Notes: generated by a model not told the origin, from the letters alone. A DNA stretch of 64,000 nucleotides from Octopus sinensis (GCF_006345805.1 NC_043024.1:1364001-1428000), one strand, 5' to 3'; counted from the stretch's first letter, positions 48,602-61,274 are shown. Made by a program: numbers and translations.

Positions 48602-48813
48602 ACGGCAGTTTACAATCAAAACGGCTGACAAAGAACGAAATTGTGAAAAAAATTAAGAAGCAGGTTCTCTTGTTTCGACCAATCAGCGTTAAGCTCTCTC
48701 ATGACGTCACACATCTCTTTTTCCTCTCTGTTACGTGAATAACTTTTAAACTTCGATGGTCTCATGTAGGACCGTCCGAAGTGCGCGAAACATCATCTCG
48801 ACCTCCAGTCCGT
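48545..48813 (+). promoter_or_regulatory. Candidate promoter-like cluster (ETS CAGGAAGTG 48547, CCAAT 48679, CRE TGACGTCA 48702, donor GTAAGT 48812)
   Basis: Motif cluster in a CpG-enriched stretch; could equally be a transposon remnant. Confidence 0.3.
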
Positions 48814-49021
48814 AAGTAAACATCTTCATTTGCAAAACATTCAATTATAAAAGATCGCCATAGTTTAATTACTTTGTCGAACTTTTACCCGTCTTTGCTT
48901 GACTTATTAATACGTTTATATATATATATATATAATTATATATATATATATATATATGCGTATGTCTACTGCGAAATCTACTTCCTCTTTCCGAGAATTT
49001 ACAAAATCCATCAATAATTCG

Positions 49022-49500
49022 CACAGAATTACACCCAACTATACATACATACATTTTATATATGTTTATATTACTTAAAACACACTTTTGATGCGGGTCC
49101 CTTCATGTTAATTAAAGTTTTGCAGGCCTTTAACTGTACCCTGTCCGTTTCAGGAAGTGATCAGACCCCAGTTTAGGAGGGTTGATGAGAAACCCGTATC
49201 AAATTGTTATTAAATAAATACATGTAACTCCTGCTAAATATTTCGATTGCCCTTTTCTTTCACACAGAATTACACCCAACTATACATACATACATTTTAT
49301 ATATATTTATATTACTTAAAATACACTTTTAATGCGGGTCCATTCATATTAATTAAAGTTTCGCAGGCCTTTAACTGTACCCTGTCCGTTTCAGGAAGTG
49401 ATCAGACCCCAGTTTAGAGGGTTGATGAGAAACCCGCATCAAATTGTTATTAAATAAATACATGTAACTCCTGCTAAATATTTCGATCGCCCTTTTCTTT
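49022..49500. repeat. Tandem duplication of about 241 bp
   Basis: CACAGAATTACACCCAACT..CCCTTTTCTTT occurs twice with scattered substitutions. Confidence 0.93.
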
Positions 49501-49708
49501 CGTTTGTCCACACACACGCACAGATGATGTCTACACAGGCCCCGGGACAGATCTATTCTCTGGAACTTAGAATATTTATTTATTGACCAAAAGCCACAGC
49601 ATACATAGATCAGAATCGAGCCCCTAAATTTGTGCACCTCCTGGGCACAGCTGCCTAGTGTGTCTATGTCTTCAGACGGAACTCTGTGTATGTCTATGTG
49701 CATATAAA

Positions 49709-49783
<75 letters not shown>

Positions 49784-49858
49784 TAATTAAGGGTAGAAAT
49801 CGATATTAGTCAATTAAAACCAGTAGACTAGCATATTAAAAAGAATCAGTCCTTAATT

Positions 49859-49923
<65 letters not shown>

Positions 49924-50333
49924 GTATGTATGTGTGTATATATGCCTATTTACAGTCTGACGTGATCTATAATGCTAAGCAATTTATGGATGCGACACTT
50001 AGTCACTCTACAATAACTTGACATATATTTAACTGCATGTAAATAAATTACTGCTCTAACCATTATAGCTTCTATTTCACATGTATGATGGTCCACTGAC
50101 TATTATACACTCACTCATTTCCAATCGACAATGTAAACAACTTGAAGGCAACAGGATTTGAAGATCAGCTAAACAGGTTTTATGTGTGTTACAAGTTAGT
50201 CACACACACGCACACACACATGGTGATTGCTCTGTCTCCATACGTGATTGCCATCTCTGTACTTCTTTGTAGTCAATGATATATGTGACTGTCCGTCCAT
50301 GACTTCTCAGATGACTATTTAGTCCCACAGAAT

Positions 50334-50836
50334 TCCGCCAAGGTCGACTTTGCCTTTCATCCTTTCGGGGTCGATAAATTAAGTACCAGTTACGCACTGG
50401 GGTCGATGTAATCGACTTAATCCGTTTGTCTGTCCTTGTTTGTCCCCTCTATGTTTAGCCCCTTGTGGGTAGTAAAGAAATAGGTATTTCGTCTGCCTCT
50501 ATGTTCTCAGCTCAAATTCCACCGAGGTCGACTTTGCCTTTCATCCTTTCGGGGTCGATTAAATAAGTACCAGTTTCGCACTGGGGTCGATGTAATCGAC
50601 TTAATCCGTTTGTCCTCTCTGTGTTTAGCCCCTTGTGGGTAGTAAAGAAATAGGTATTTCGTCTGCCGTTACGTCCTGAGTTCAAATTCCGCCGGGGTCG
50701 ACTTTGCCTTTCATCCTTTCAGGGTCGATTAAATAAGTACAGTTACGCACTGGGGATCGATGTAATCGAATTAATCCCTTTGTCTGCCCTTGTTTGTCCC
50801 CTCTGTGTTTAGCCCCTTGTGGGCAGTAAAGAAATA
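50334..50836 (+). mobile_element. Head-to-tail trimer of a Nin/Deu-domain-like SINE inside one 18-bp TSD
   Basis: Three units with GCCTTTCATCCTTTCGGGGTCGATxAAxTAAGTACCAG (periods 184 and 170 bp); TATTTAGTCCCACAGAAT at 50316-50333 and 50837-50854. Confidence 0.88.
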
Positions 50837-51109
50837 TATTTAGTCCCACAGAATATCTGCAAGGTTTTATGCAGAGGTGACAGGTGAAAGTTGTAACTTC
50901 CCTTATGTCTTGGTATGGTGCAATATGTCTTCTCAGACTTGAAATCGATTGGCAAAGTTTTTCTTTACATCTATTATTGATAATAGTTCAGCATTTGTGC
51001 ATGGCTTCGGTCATCCACACAACGTTCTCTCTCATGACAAGATATAAAGAGGCTAGACTGATAACAGGGGTTGAATGAAGTCCTATACTCTAACAGACAC
51101 CGTGGATAC

Positions 51110-51457
51110 ACGTACATACATACATATATACATACATACGTATATATACATACATATATACATATATATATACATACATACATATATACATACATATACA
51201 TACATACATATACATACATACATATATACATACATACATATATACATACGTATATATATATATATATATATACATACATATATACATACATACATATATA
51301 CATACATATATATATATATATATACATACATATATACATACATACATATATATATACATACATACATATATACATACATACATACATATACATACATACA
51401 TACATACATATACATACATACATATATATATACATACATATATATATATATACATAC

Positions 51458-51494
<37 letters not shown>

Positions 51495-51570
51495 CATACG
51501 TACATATATACATACATATATATACACATACATACAAAGATACATACATACATACATGCATGCATGTATA
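51110..51570. repeat. (TACA)n/(TA)n microsatellite
   Basis: Low-complexity sequence. Confidence 0.95.
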
Positions 51571-52883
51571 TAATTCGTCTGTATATATATCGTTCTAGCT
51601 GTATATAATTTCTTTTTGTCGCCAGAAGAGTGGCAACTCCGACGGAGACTCTCTCATGCATGTTTCTAGGTTTATACGTGTGCTATCATCCTATATATAT
51701 ATATATATATATATATTGCGGCTATGTGGTAAGTTTGTTTGCCATCTACATGGTTCTGAGTTCAATTCAGGTGCTTGGTACCTTAGGCAACTATTTTGTA
51801 TACTTCTTGCCTATTTCATTAGCATGTCTGTGGCTGAGGATACCCGAGACATTTCTTCCTTTAATGAAATTCTTAAAGAGACTCAGATTGGCTCTTTTAA
51901 CGACTGGTAGAGTTCATTTAATGTCCCTTGTGGTCTTCATCGCCACACTTTCATACAAGAAGTTTTGGTCAAGCCAAAGAATTGTTGAACAACACTTGTC
52001 TCAGTTGCCAAACTGCAGAATTGAACTAGGGTACTCACACGAATGCAGCTGTTAACATATCTATTTCTAAACATATATAATAAATTCTATGTGTGTGTGT
52101 GTGTGCATATAGAAAGTGTAAAGATCTCCTTCCATCATGAATGACTCTGGGATTGCACCTAGAAAGATACCCTCCGTGGTGCAAGTCTGGGCAAGACCAG
52201 CAGTTTAAGGAAGACCAGTAGTCGCCCATGCATACCAGCCTCCCCATCTCCAATACATATATATATATATTATATATATATATTATATATATATATATAT
52301 ATATATTAATAATGCTGGTTTAATATTAGCTTCAAATTTTCGGCCAGGGCCAGTAATTTCGGGGGGGGGGAGGTTAAGTCGATACATCGACCCCCGCCAG
52401 TGTTTCAACTCTTACTTATTTTATCGACCCCGAAAAGGATGAAAGGCGAACCTGAGGCGTTCAGCGTTATTGTTCGGCGTGCTTAACCATTCCTCCAGTT
52501 CACACCATGACGGCAAGTTAAGAGCTATGAAGACGGACATGGTAGATCTGACCCAAATAAATAACTAAAACGTAATAATTATTTCACAATATATTTTTGA
52601 ACTTTTATAACTATCATCTTCTGGACCCAATGAAAGGAAGCCCCTAATGGGGCCCCGATAGGTTTTGCTAGGGATAGCAAAGTGAATATAGTTTAAAGTA
52701 TGTCACCATCGCCTTAGAAGAAGAAGAAAAAATAATCAAAAGACGAGAAGAAGGATTGAATAACATTAAACAACAATAACTCTTTTCTAGGAATTTATAC
52801 GTCACTCACGCAGCAACATATTAAGATAATGTGTGACCCAGATAGGTTTCCGGCCTAGGGCGACACACACGTATGTGCGTGCG

Positions 52884-52916
<33 letters not shown>

Positions 52917-53208
52917 TATATTATATTAAATTAGAGACAAAACACTATTAGGCAAATCAAACAATGAAAAACTTAAGCCAATACATAAAATTAACTAATT
53001 TATATTATTTTAAATATATATCAAAATTATTAAAAATCTAATAAAAGATAATGAGTAAAACACTGCGATCGTTTCATGTTTTTCATTGTTTATTTGCCTA
53101 ATAGTGGTTTTATCTCTAATTTAATATAATATAATATTTTACTATAAAATTGGATTCAATCCTAAATCTGATTTTTCCCTGTAAGTTTGGATTTATTCCC
53201 TTATATTT

Positions 53209-53277
<69 letters not shown>

Positions 53278-53279
53278 AT

Positions 53280-53620
53280 ATAATTATAACAATAATTAAG
53301 GGTTTAGCAACTAGTTGCTTGACCACATAACGAAAAATCTAGAAATAGCAGCCAAAAGACCGTTATTTCTTTTCGCTGCAAAATATGATTCCACAGACAA
53401 CCCTCTCTGGAACTCAGGCCAAAAAAGAAGGAAAAAGACTTTGATTTCATTATTTTCCTTCTTTTTTCTTTTTTGCCTGTTTGAGTTACAGAGAGGGTTG
53501 TCTGTGGAATCATATTTTGTAGCGAAAAGAAATAAGGGTCTTTTGGCTGCTATTTCTAAATTTTTCGGTATGTGGTCAAGCAACTTGTTGCTAAACCCTT
53601 AATTATTGTTATAATTATAT
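53280..53620. repeat. Long near-perfect fold-back repeat (arms about 135 bp)
   Basis: ATAATTATAACAATAATTAAGGGTTTAGCAAC.. is mirrored by ..GTTGCTAAACCCTTAATTATTGTTATAATTAT. Confidence 0.93.
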
Positions 53621-53743
53621 ATAAAACTTCTTGTATAAGTTTTTACCGAATATGATTCCTTTCCATACCGAAACTACTTGGTGAAATTTATTAATTATAA
53701 ATTAATAATGTTTTACCCTATATCTATAATATATATATATATA

Positions 53744-53954
53744 TTGGGTTGTCCGGAAAGTTCGTGCCGATTTTCAAAAGAAAGAAAAAGGTCAATAAAT
53801 ACTTGCCATTGCATTTTTAATCAACCAGAATATAAACCATTTTGTAGCACAATCTTTCCTTTCACTTGAAAATACCCTCTTCCCAGAATTGAGGTTCCTG
53901 GGAGGGTAAGTCGAAAGGTAAGCTACTATAAATCGGCAAGAACTTTCCGGACAA

Positions 53955-53958
<4 letters not shown>
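53744..53958. mobile_element. Mariner-type MITE (215 bp)
   Basis: About 30-bp TIRs TTGGGTTGTCCGGAAAGTTCGTGCCGATTT / AAATCGGCAAGAACTTTCCGGACAACCAA, TA TSD. Confidence 0.88.
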
Positions 53959-53988
<30 letters not shown>

Positions 53989-54119
53989 AATTAAGGACTG
54001 GTATGCATGCATGTATGTATGTATGTATGTATTGGTATATATAAATATTTTAATCTTCGGATTCTTTTTAATATGCTAGACCACTGGTTTTAATTGACTA
54101 ATATCAATTTCTACCCTTG

Positions 54120-54152
<33 letters not shown>

Positions 54153-54793
54153 CAGAATATGAGTTTATGTATATTTTTATTAATATTTAGCAGAAGTAAC
54201 AGAGTGAGTGAAGGTCTGAGAGTTTCTTGCGTTGGCACTTACCAACACAAGTACCTACAAAAACAAAAAGCGTAATAATATTATTGAAGGCGGACCGTCA
54301 CCACACTTCCGTTCGGGTTTTTTTTTGTTTTGGGGATTTTGGGGGGGGGGGGTCGTGTTTTTTTCTTTCTTTTTTTTTTTTTTTCCAGAAACCAACATTT
54401 TCGGCTACGAATATTCCGAATTTATAAAAAAAAAAAAAAATCTATAAAGCAAAAAAGTCCGCGAGAATAAGTACTGGGTTTACAAAGAATAAATTCTGGG
54501 GTTGATTTTGCTCGACTAAAGGTGGTGCTCCAGCATGGCCACAGTCAAATGACTGAAACACATAAAAGAATATTTATACAGACAGACACACAGAGTTCAA
54601 ATAGTACAAAGAAGAACCCGAACAATGGTATTCAAGCAAAAGGCCCCGCCCTGTCTCTCCCCCTCTTTTGACCTTCCTGCCACACCTTTCCTCATACCTC
54701 TCCTCCTCCTCCTCCTTTCCTGCTGTAAACACACCCACCCTTTTTCCTTATATGGCTACTTGTTTACTAACAATTTATTTCACTGGTCATTTG

Positions 54794-55098
54794 GCAATGG
54801 CCCAGTGGTTAGGGCAGCCGACTCGCGGTCGTAGGATCGCGGTTTCGATTCCCAGACCGGGCGTTGTGAGTGTTTATTGAGCAAAAACACCTAAAGCTCC
54901 ACGGGGCCCGGCAGGGGGTGGTGGCGATCCCTGCTGTACTCTTTCTCACCACACCTTTCTCACTCTCTTTCTTCTGTTGGCCTGCTCGCTTAGCAGCGGG
55001 GTGGCGTCATTTGAAGGCTAAAAACAATGCAAAGCGCATTGTGACCAGCGATGTGTATCAACATCTGATAGCCTGGTCGGTCACCTGATCACGTTGCA
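54794..55098 (+). mobile_element. tRNA-derived SINE, family C, with 12-bp TSD
   Basis: A box TGGCCCAGTGG, B box GGTTTCGATTCC; TSD ACTGGTCATTTG at 54782-54793 and 55099-55110. Confidence 0.9.
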
Positions 55099-55288
55099 AC
55101 TGGTCATTTGTTCTGTGGCTACATTGGTGAGTCATTTATTCATTCGTCTCCAGGCAACCATGTAAACATTTAGGTAATCACACCTGAGAATTAGGGAAAC
55201 AGATTTAGAAATTAAAAGTTAAGGAACAGACATTGTTTAGCTATGAACCATATGTGGTTTTTATCTGCCTTTTTCATTCTTTACACTT

Positions 55289-55319
<31 letters not shown>

Positions 55320-55390
55320 CACATACACACATATATTTATCTATACAAGTATATTACATCATCTCTGTCTCATGTGTGTGTGTGTGTCTG

Positions 55391-55437
<47 letters not shown>

Positions 55438-56039
55438 ATATATATATGTACATACTTACATTTACATGTATATATACAAGCATATATATATATATATATA
55501 TATGGTGGTGTATATGTGGTGTCCTGTACTCATATATATATATATATATATACTTGTATATATACATGTAGATGTAAGTATGTACATATATGTATGTATA
55601 TATGCATAAATTTTATTTATTTATTATATTGTTATTATATGACCGAACGCACGCGTCGTTTCTCTTCTCCAAGTAAGTTTTTATATATATATATATATAT
55701 GCCTGTGTGTATATGTATGTGTGTGTATGTATGTAAGTATGTATGTATGTGTGTGTGTGTATGTATATACTACTGATAACCTTCAAGATTGAAAGATAAT
55801 TGTGTGTTGTTGCAGGGAGTTCAGGCTACTATTTCTAGCAGTTCAACCAAACGCTTAGAGCAAGTGTGGGGAAACTTTTTAGTGCAGTGGGCAAAAATTT
55901 CCAAAGAAAAAGGTCCACGGGCAGATCACAAGTTCTCTTATATCTGTGTAAATCTTGTATATATATCTATGTATAATTTGATATACATTAATAAAGATAT
56001 GTTTTAGACATTAAATTTACATGAAATAGTGTTCATACT

Positions 56040-56772
56040 CGACAGAGTACCTTGAGAGAAGAGTTGGACCTAAGAAGCATCAGTTGTGGTGTGCAAGAGA
56101 GACGTTTGTGCTGGTACGGTCATGTGGCGAGAATTGATGAGGATAGTTGTGTGAAAAAGTGCCACACCCTAGCGGTTGAGGGAACCTGTGGAAGAGGTAG
56201 ACCCATGAAAACCTGGGATGAGGTGGTGAAGCACGACCTTCAAACTTTAGGTCTCACCGAGGAAATGACTAGAGACCGAGACCTTTGGAAGCATGTTGTG
56301 CATGAGAAGACCCGGCAGGACAAGTGAGACCATAACCCGTGGCCTCTACCTGGGATGTAGCCAGTCCACTTATGCATACCTTTCCTTCTTGGGACACAAA
56401 ACTCTACTTGCGAAGAGCTGTTGAGGCAAGTGAAAATCAAAATCGATTAACATCAATGGAAATTGTTGCTGTGATACCAGTGCCGGTGGCAAGTAAGAGA
56501 ACCATCCGACCGTGGCCGTTGCCAGCCCCTCGCCTGGCCTCCATGCCGATGGCACGTAAAAAGCACCATCCAATCGTGGCCGTTTGCCAGCCTCGTCTGG
56601 CACGTAAAAGGCACCCACTACACTTATGGAGTGGTTGGCGTTAGGAAGGGCGTCCAGCCGTAGAAACATTGCCAGATCAGACTGGGCCTGGTGCAGCCTT
56701 CTGGCTTCCCAGACCCCAGTTGAACCGTCCAACCCATGCTAGCATGGAAAGTGGATGCTAAACGATGATGAA
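56040..56772 (+). mobile_element. 5'-truncated RTE-clade LINE: ORF C-terminus plus complete 3' UTR with VNTR and (GAT)n tail
   Basis: RRLCWYGHVARIDEDS..VEGTCGRGRPMKTWDEVV..RDLWK is the typical RTE C-terminus. It continues into the GTGCC/GCACC repeat block and the GGAGTGGTTGGCGTTAGGAAGGGC motif found in many short copies. Confidence 0.9.
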
Positions 56773-57388
56773 TGCTGCCCCTGAATTTAGGACGTTTATA
56801 TTTCTTTATGAGGTATTCTAGATTTTTCAGTTAGTGTGTAGTTGGGTCTGGAGGGTGTGGTACAAACACGGCAATGTGTGTTTTAAAGTGAATACAAAAT
56901 TTCCATTCAAATGGGAAATTCATGATTTTCTGTTCGAGTCTAACCATTTTAAGTCATCGTGGAAACACGACCTATGTCGCAAATAGGATTACAAATATTG
57001 TATAAATTTTATGATTGAAAAATTTACTATATTTTATACATACAACTATAACAGCCTGCACACGCAACAGAATGGGCTCGTGGGCACAATTGTACCCATG
57101 AGCGGGAGTTTCCTCACCCCTGGCTTGGACCCTTTGTTTGCATCATCGTCATCGTTTAACATCTGCTTTCCATGCTGGCATGGGTTGGATGGTTCCACTG
57201 AGGATTGGTGAGCTAGAAGGCTGCACCAGGCTCCAGTCTGATCTGGCAAAGTTTCTACAGCTGGATGCTCTTCCTAATGCCAACCACACTTATATACTTA
57301 TCTCTCCATTGTGGATAGGCACGTATATATATCTAACCTATATGCTTATCTCTCTACCCTGGACAGACAAGTTTGTATACATAATGAT

Positions 57389-57815
57389 AATGAAATGATT
57401 GTGTATAGTGCTCAGGTGCACTACAACTTATCAGAGATGCATGTTTAGTGCATAGAATTATGTACAAATATCAGGAAAGTGAACTGTGTCGTGATACACA
57501 TGTGTGCATGCATCTGGAGCAGGGGATATCAGGTGTGGTGTTGGTGAATTTCAGGGAGCACGGTGGTTTTAAAAGATGCAATGTCTCGGCAACTAACAAC
57601 TGATGCAGGTAGATTGCTCCATGCTTCAGCAATTCCATGTGCGAAAAATTGTTTCTGAAAGTCATGGGAGCTGTGCTGTTTTCTGGCTTTGTAGACCTGC
57701 CCGTGTATGTTAGAGTCATGGAATTCAAAAAGGTGCTCAAGGTGATTGTTGGGGCGGTGGTTAATATATATGCATACAATGTTTGTGCAAACAAAAATGG
57801 CTTTAAGCATTCATT
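57389..57815 (-). mobile_element. CR1-clade LINE 3' end (second copy)
   Basis: [33 protein letters not shown]; reverse-complement match to 27128-27493. Confidence 0.83.
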
Positions 57816-58195
57816 TGACTTACTAAAAATAGCAGCCCAAATTCCCCACGTTGATCTGCAACTATTTTTAGATCAACATTAAATGCTTTTAAACTAGGTT
57901 AGCTACTTAAATCTCCATTCTGGAGGTAGAAACCAGATCAACCTGTTGTTTGTATGCTTCCATTACTGCTTCTATATTCTTGATTTTTTTGTGAACAACA
58001 TCTACGAAAAGTGTGGTGTGATTCCAACTCCCTAGAAACAGCTGTCGGGTCTGTAACACTATACAATCTCCTTCTAATTTTCTGTGCCATTGTTATCTGT
58101 CTAAGTTTTCTCTCTTTATATATAAATATCTTTATATTTACACATGAGTATTCATCGTCTGGATATTTTCTGTCTCTTACATTTATACATACACA

Positions 58196-58235
<40 letters not shown>

Positions 58236-58398
58236 GATTAGGAGCTCTTTATTTATAATAACTTCATGACAAAGCCCTTTCTATAGCAACCACAAGCTGA
58301 TAATACTAAGGAAGTAAAGTGTATTCTGGCCACTCATTTAAATTACAGAATCAAACTTTATCTAATGATAAAAAATTGAGAATGTTATCTGTGTTGTT

Positions 58399-58471
<73 letters not shown>

Positions 58472-58536
58472 GTGTGTGTGTGTATATATATATATATGTT
58501 GTGTGTTGTGTATATATATATATATATGTGTGTGTG

Positions 58537-58604
<68 letters not shown>

Positions 58605-58811
58605 GTGTGTGTATATATATATATATGTGTGTGTGTGTATGTGTGTGTATATATATATATATATAAAACCTGTTACTCTGAGTTTCTCGTTCCCGTTCGT
58701 CGGACAGTTTTTGCTTATATATATACACACACACACACACATATACATATTTCGTTTTGGGATTTGGTTTGCAAGATTCTTTATGTGAGTTCGTGTGTTG
58801 AAGCATATTCT

Positions 58812-59025
58812 GTTGGGTCCCGGTGCGCGCGCTCGCGCATCCGCGCTAGCTAGTCGTGACTAGTCGATCCTTACTTTGTGTTTCTTTGTTTAACAAAAAT
58901 TATTTACTTTGTGTAAAAAAAATTATTTATTTTGTGTTTTATTTACTTTGCTAGGGAGTCGTTGTAGGATCGACTAGTCACGACTAGCTAGCGCGGATGC
59001 GCGAGTGCGCGCACCGGGACCACTC
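58812..59025. mobile_element. MITE with about 56-bp CpG-rich TIRs (hAT-like end GGGACCACT)
   Basis: GGTCCCGGTGCGCGCGCTCGCGCATCCGCGCTAGCTAGTCGTGACTAGTCGATCCT is inverted at about 58966-59021. Confidence 0.82.
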
Positions 59026-59039
59026 TTCTTAGATAGTAC

Positions 59040-60250
59040 CCGAATTCTTTAGAGATTTCAAATCCATCTGTTACCACCTTGGGTTCTTCATTCATTTTCT
59101 TCCTTGCGCTTGTGTATTCACGAATGAGTCCATTACCTTCATAAGTAGACGGGACAACAGTAACACTTGGTTTTAGGTTCCCTCCTATTTCATTTTCTTT
59201 CTATAATTCTGTTGTGTTCTCAGCATCAGGTTCAGGAAATAATCTCCTAATATGTTTGTTCAGCATACTTCCTTAAATGTTGTTTCGTTAAAAAATAGAA
59301 AAGGTCCAGAAATTGACTCACCTTTAAATTTCCTTGGGTTATGTAAATACCTCAAGAGAGTCAAGCTTTCGACATTTCTTCTCTTATTATATCTATGCAG
59401 AAGTCTTTCACGGAGGTTTAGAGCCAAAGGGTTGCCGACGATATTAAGTTTATTCACTAAAAACTCTATCGAATATTCCGCTTTCAGTAAACCCGAATCA
59501 TCAGCGCAAATAGCCTTCAAAAGAATTTCTACTGAATGCAGAATTTCATATTGTAAATTGAGAGATTTCCATTCTTCGTCAGCGATGGGCATCTGTGGAA
59601 AGTTCTGCAAGTAGAGCATTTGGAAAGCAGCTTTTCAGTTCCAAAAATCTCTCAATCATATGGAATGAGCCATTCCACCGAGTTCTGCAATCCAGTAGAA
59701 GTTTATATTCTCTCTTATCAAAGTTCGCTCCTACAAAATCTTGCAAAATTTCATTTTTTCTCGGAGATTTACGGAAAAGTTTTGAAATTTTACTTACCTT
59801 ATTTAAAACTTTGTTAAATTCAGGTTTTAGCTGGGGAAAACAAGCATTTTCGTGAGCCAAATCTGTTTGACAAAGTATGTCTTGTTGGCTTATGTCAGCT
59901 TCATCATCACCATCGTCTGTTATGGCAATCACTATCGTCTGTTATGGCAGTCACTATCGTCTGTTATGGCGGTCACTGTCGTCTGTTATGGCGATCTCTT
60001 CACTTTTTTTATCAAAAAATTTAGTGTTACTTCCTTGAAATGAATCTGGAACTGGTTATTACATATGCTCAACGGGAAAGATCACCCGCCTGAAGACTAA
60101 CAGCATCCCCTTGACTTGCTATGAATAAACTCAGTTACCTGCAAATTCAAAGAGTCAGCCAGGGGTTAGCGAAGGAGGTGACAAGGTGCTGATCTAAGGT
60201 TCAAGGGGGAAAGAAGGTGAGAATTGCTATGTTGCGATATGTTTCAATGA
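59040..60250 (-). mobile_element. Degenerate hAT (Ac/ZBED-like) transposase remnant
   Basis: KVSKISKLFRKSPRKNEIL..LLLDCRTRWNGSFHMIERFLEL; EEWKSL..LLRYLHNP; frameshifted. Confidence 0.82.
59906..59993. repeat. 22-bp minisatellite x4 inside the hAT remnant
   Basis: xTCACxATCGTCTGTTATGGCx repeated four times. Confidence 0.9.
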
Positions 60251-61012
60251 AACAGACAGCACTCTCAACTAAAGGCGACCGACAACAGTTCAGTTAGTTC
60301 AGTTTCAACGATATTTTTTGAAAAGAAAAAAATGGAGAAATGTTTTGCGAAAAAAACAAAAAAAAAAACAGAAAAGAATCAGCGGATCTTTTCACTTTGA
60401 CCGGCACATTTAAAAAATAGTTATTTGTAACTAAACACTTTAAAACTTCGTATACTGGTAGAATGTGTTACATAAAACATCTTTTATTGAAAAGATTCGA
60501 AAGCCTAGTGTGTGTGTGCGCGCGCACACACACAAATACATACCTCATCTTACGTCGGTAATTGGTCCACAATAAGACTTTTGACTTAACTCGAAAAACG
60601 ACGTAACACAAAAAAATCAAAGATTTCTCTTTTTTTGTTCTGCTTATATCTTGTTTTAATAAAAGGTTTTTTTTGTACGTAATTTCACATAACATTTCAT
60701 TTCATTTCTCCACTTCTAAGTCTTTTTTTTTTTTTTTTTTTTTTTTAGATATTTTTGAAATATTTAGATACATTTTTTGGGCTGAAAGCGACGTTAATTG
60801 AAAAACACCGACCTAAATCGATGTCCATTTTCTTGCCCGTTAATTTCTATAAAAAACGTAAACGGAACTTAGAGGCAAAAAAGACGTAACTCGAAAACGT
60901 AAGTTGAGGTATTTTTATATATGTTTACACACACACACACACACACGAATTTGTATTGTAAGATTCCTGATGTATACACACACACACACACAGACAGGGT
61001 ACTACTTGAGAA

Positions 61013-61150
61013 CAGTGGTCCCGGTGCGCGCACTCGCGTAGTCGCGCATCCGCGCTAGTTAGTCGTGACTAGTCGATCCTACCACGACTCCCTAGCAAAG
61101 TAAATAAAACACAAAATAAATAATTTTTTCACAAAGTAAGGATCAACTCG
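61013..61150. mobile_element. Inverted, truncated second copy of the 58812-59025 MITE
   Basis: Starts CAGTGGTCCCGGTGCGCGC; reverse-complement match to 58920-59025 and then 58860-58880. Confidence 0.8.
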
Positions 61151-61274
61151 TCTCATATTTATTCTTCTCCTACAAGAACATTGTGTGTTGACAGTGACTG
61201 CGAAGTTTAGGCCTTCTTAATCTCTATCGGACGGTCCGAAACTTGGTTGTCAATACTTTTCTTGTAAACGGATA

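Noticed and set aside
51820-52030. Open stretch MKFLKRLRLALLTTGRVHLMSLVVFIATLSYKKFW.. after a TTTCATTAG acceptor
   Set aside because: It resembles a signal-anchor N-terminus, but I recognise no homology, it has only a weak donor (GG|GTACTC) and no partner exon was found. Unresolved rather than excluded.
54794-54870. tRNA-like sequence with A and B boxes (also heads at 6162, 38180, 47312)
   Set aside because: It continues directly into a SINE body with TSDs and does not form a complete cloverleaf, so it is a SINE head, not a tRNA gene.
55812-55950. Apparent acceptor TGTTGCAG with a 72-aa ORF
   Set aside because: It contains a hAT-MITE-like end (GTGTGGGGAAACTTTT..GGGCAAAAAT), has no clear donor and the peptide is not recognised.
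57930-58010. Possible minus-strand exon DVVHKKIKNIEAVMEAYKQQ after CTTTTCGTAG
   Set aside because: The donor is weak, and I found no recognisable homology or connecting exons.
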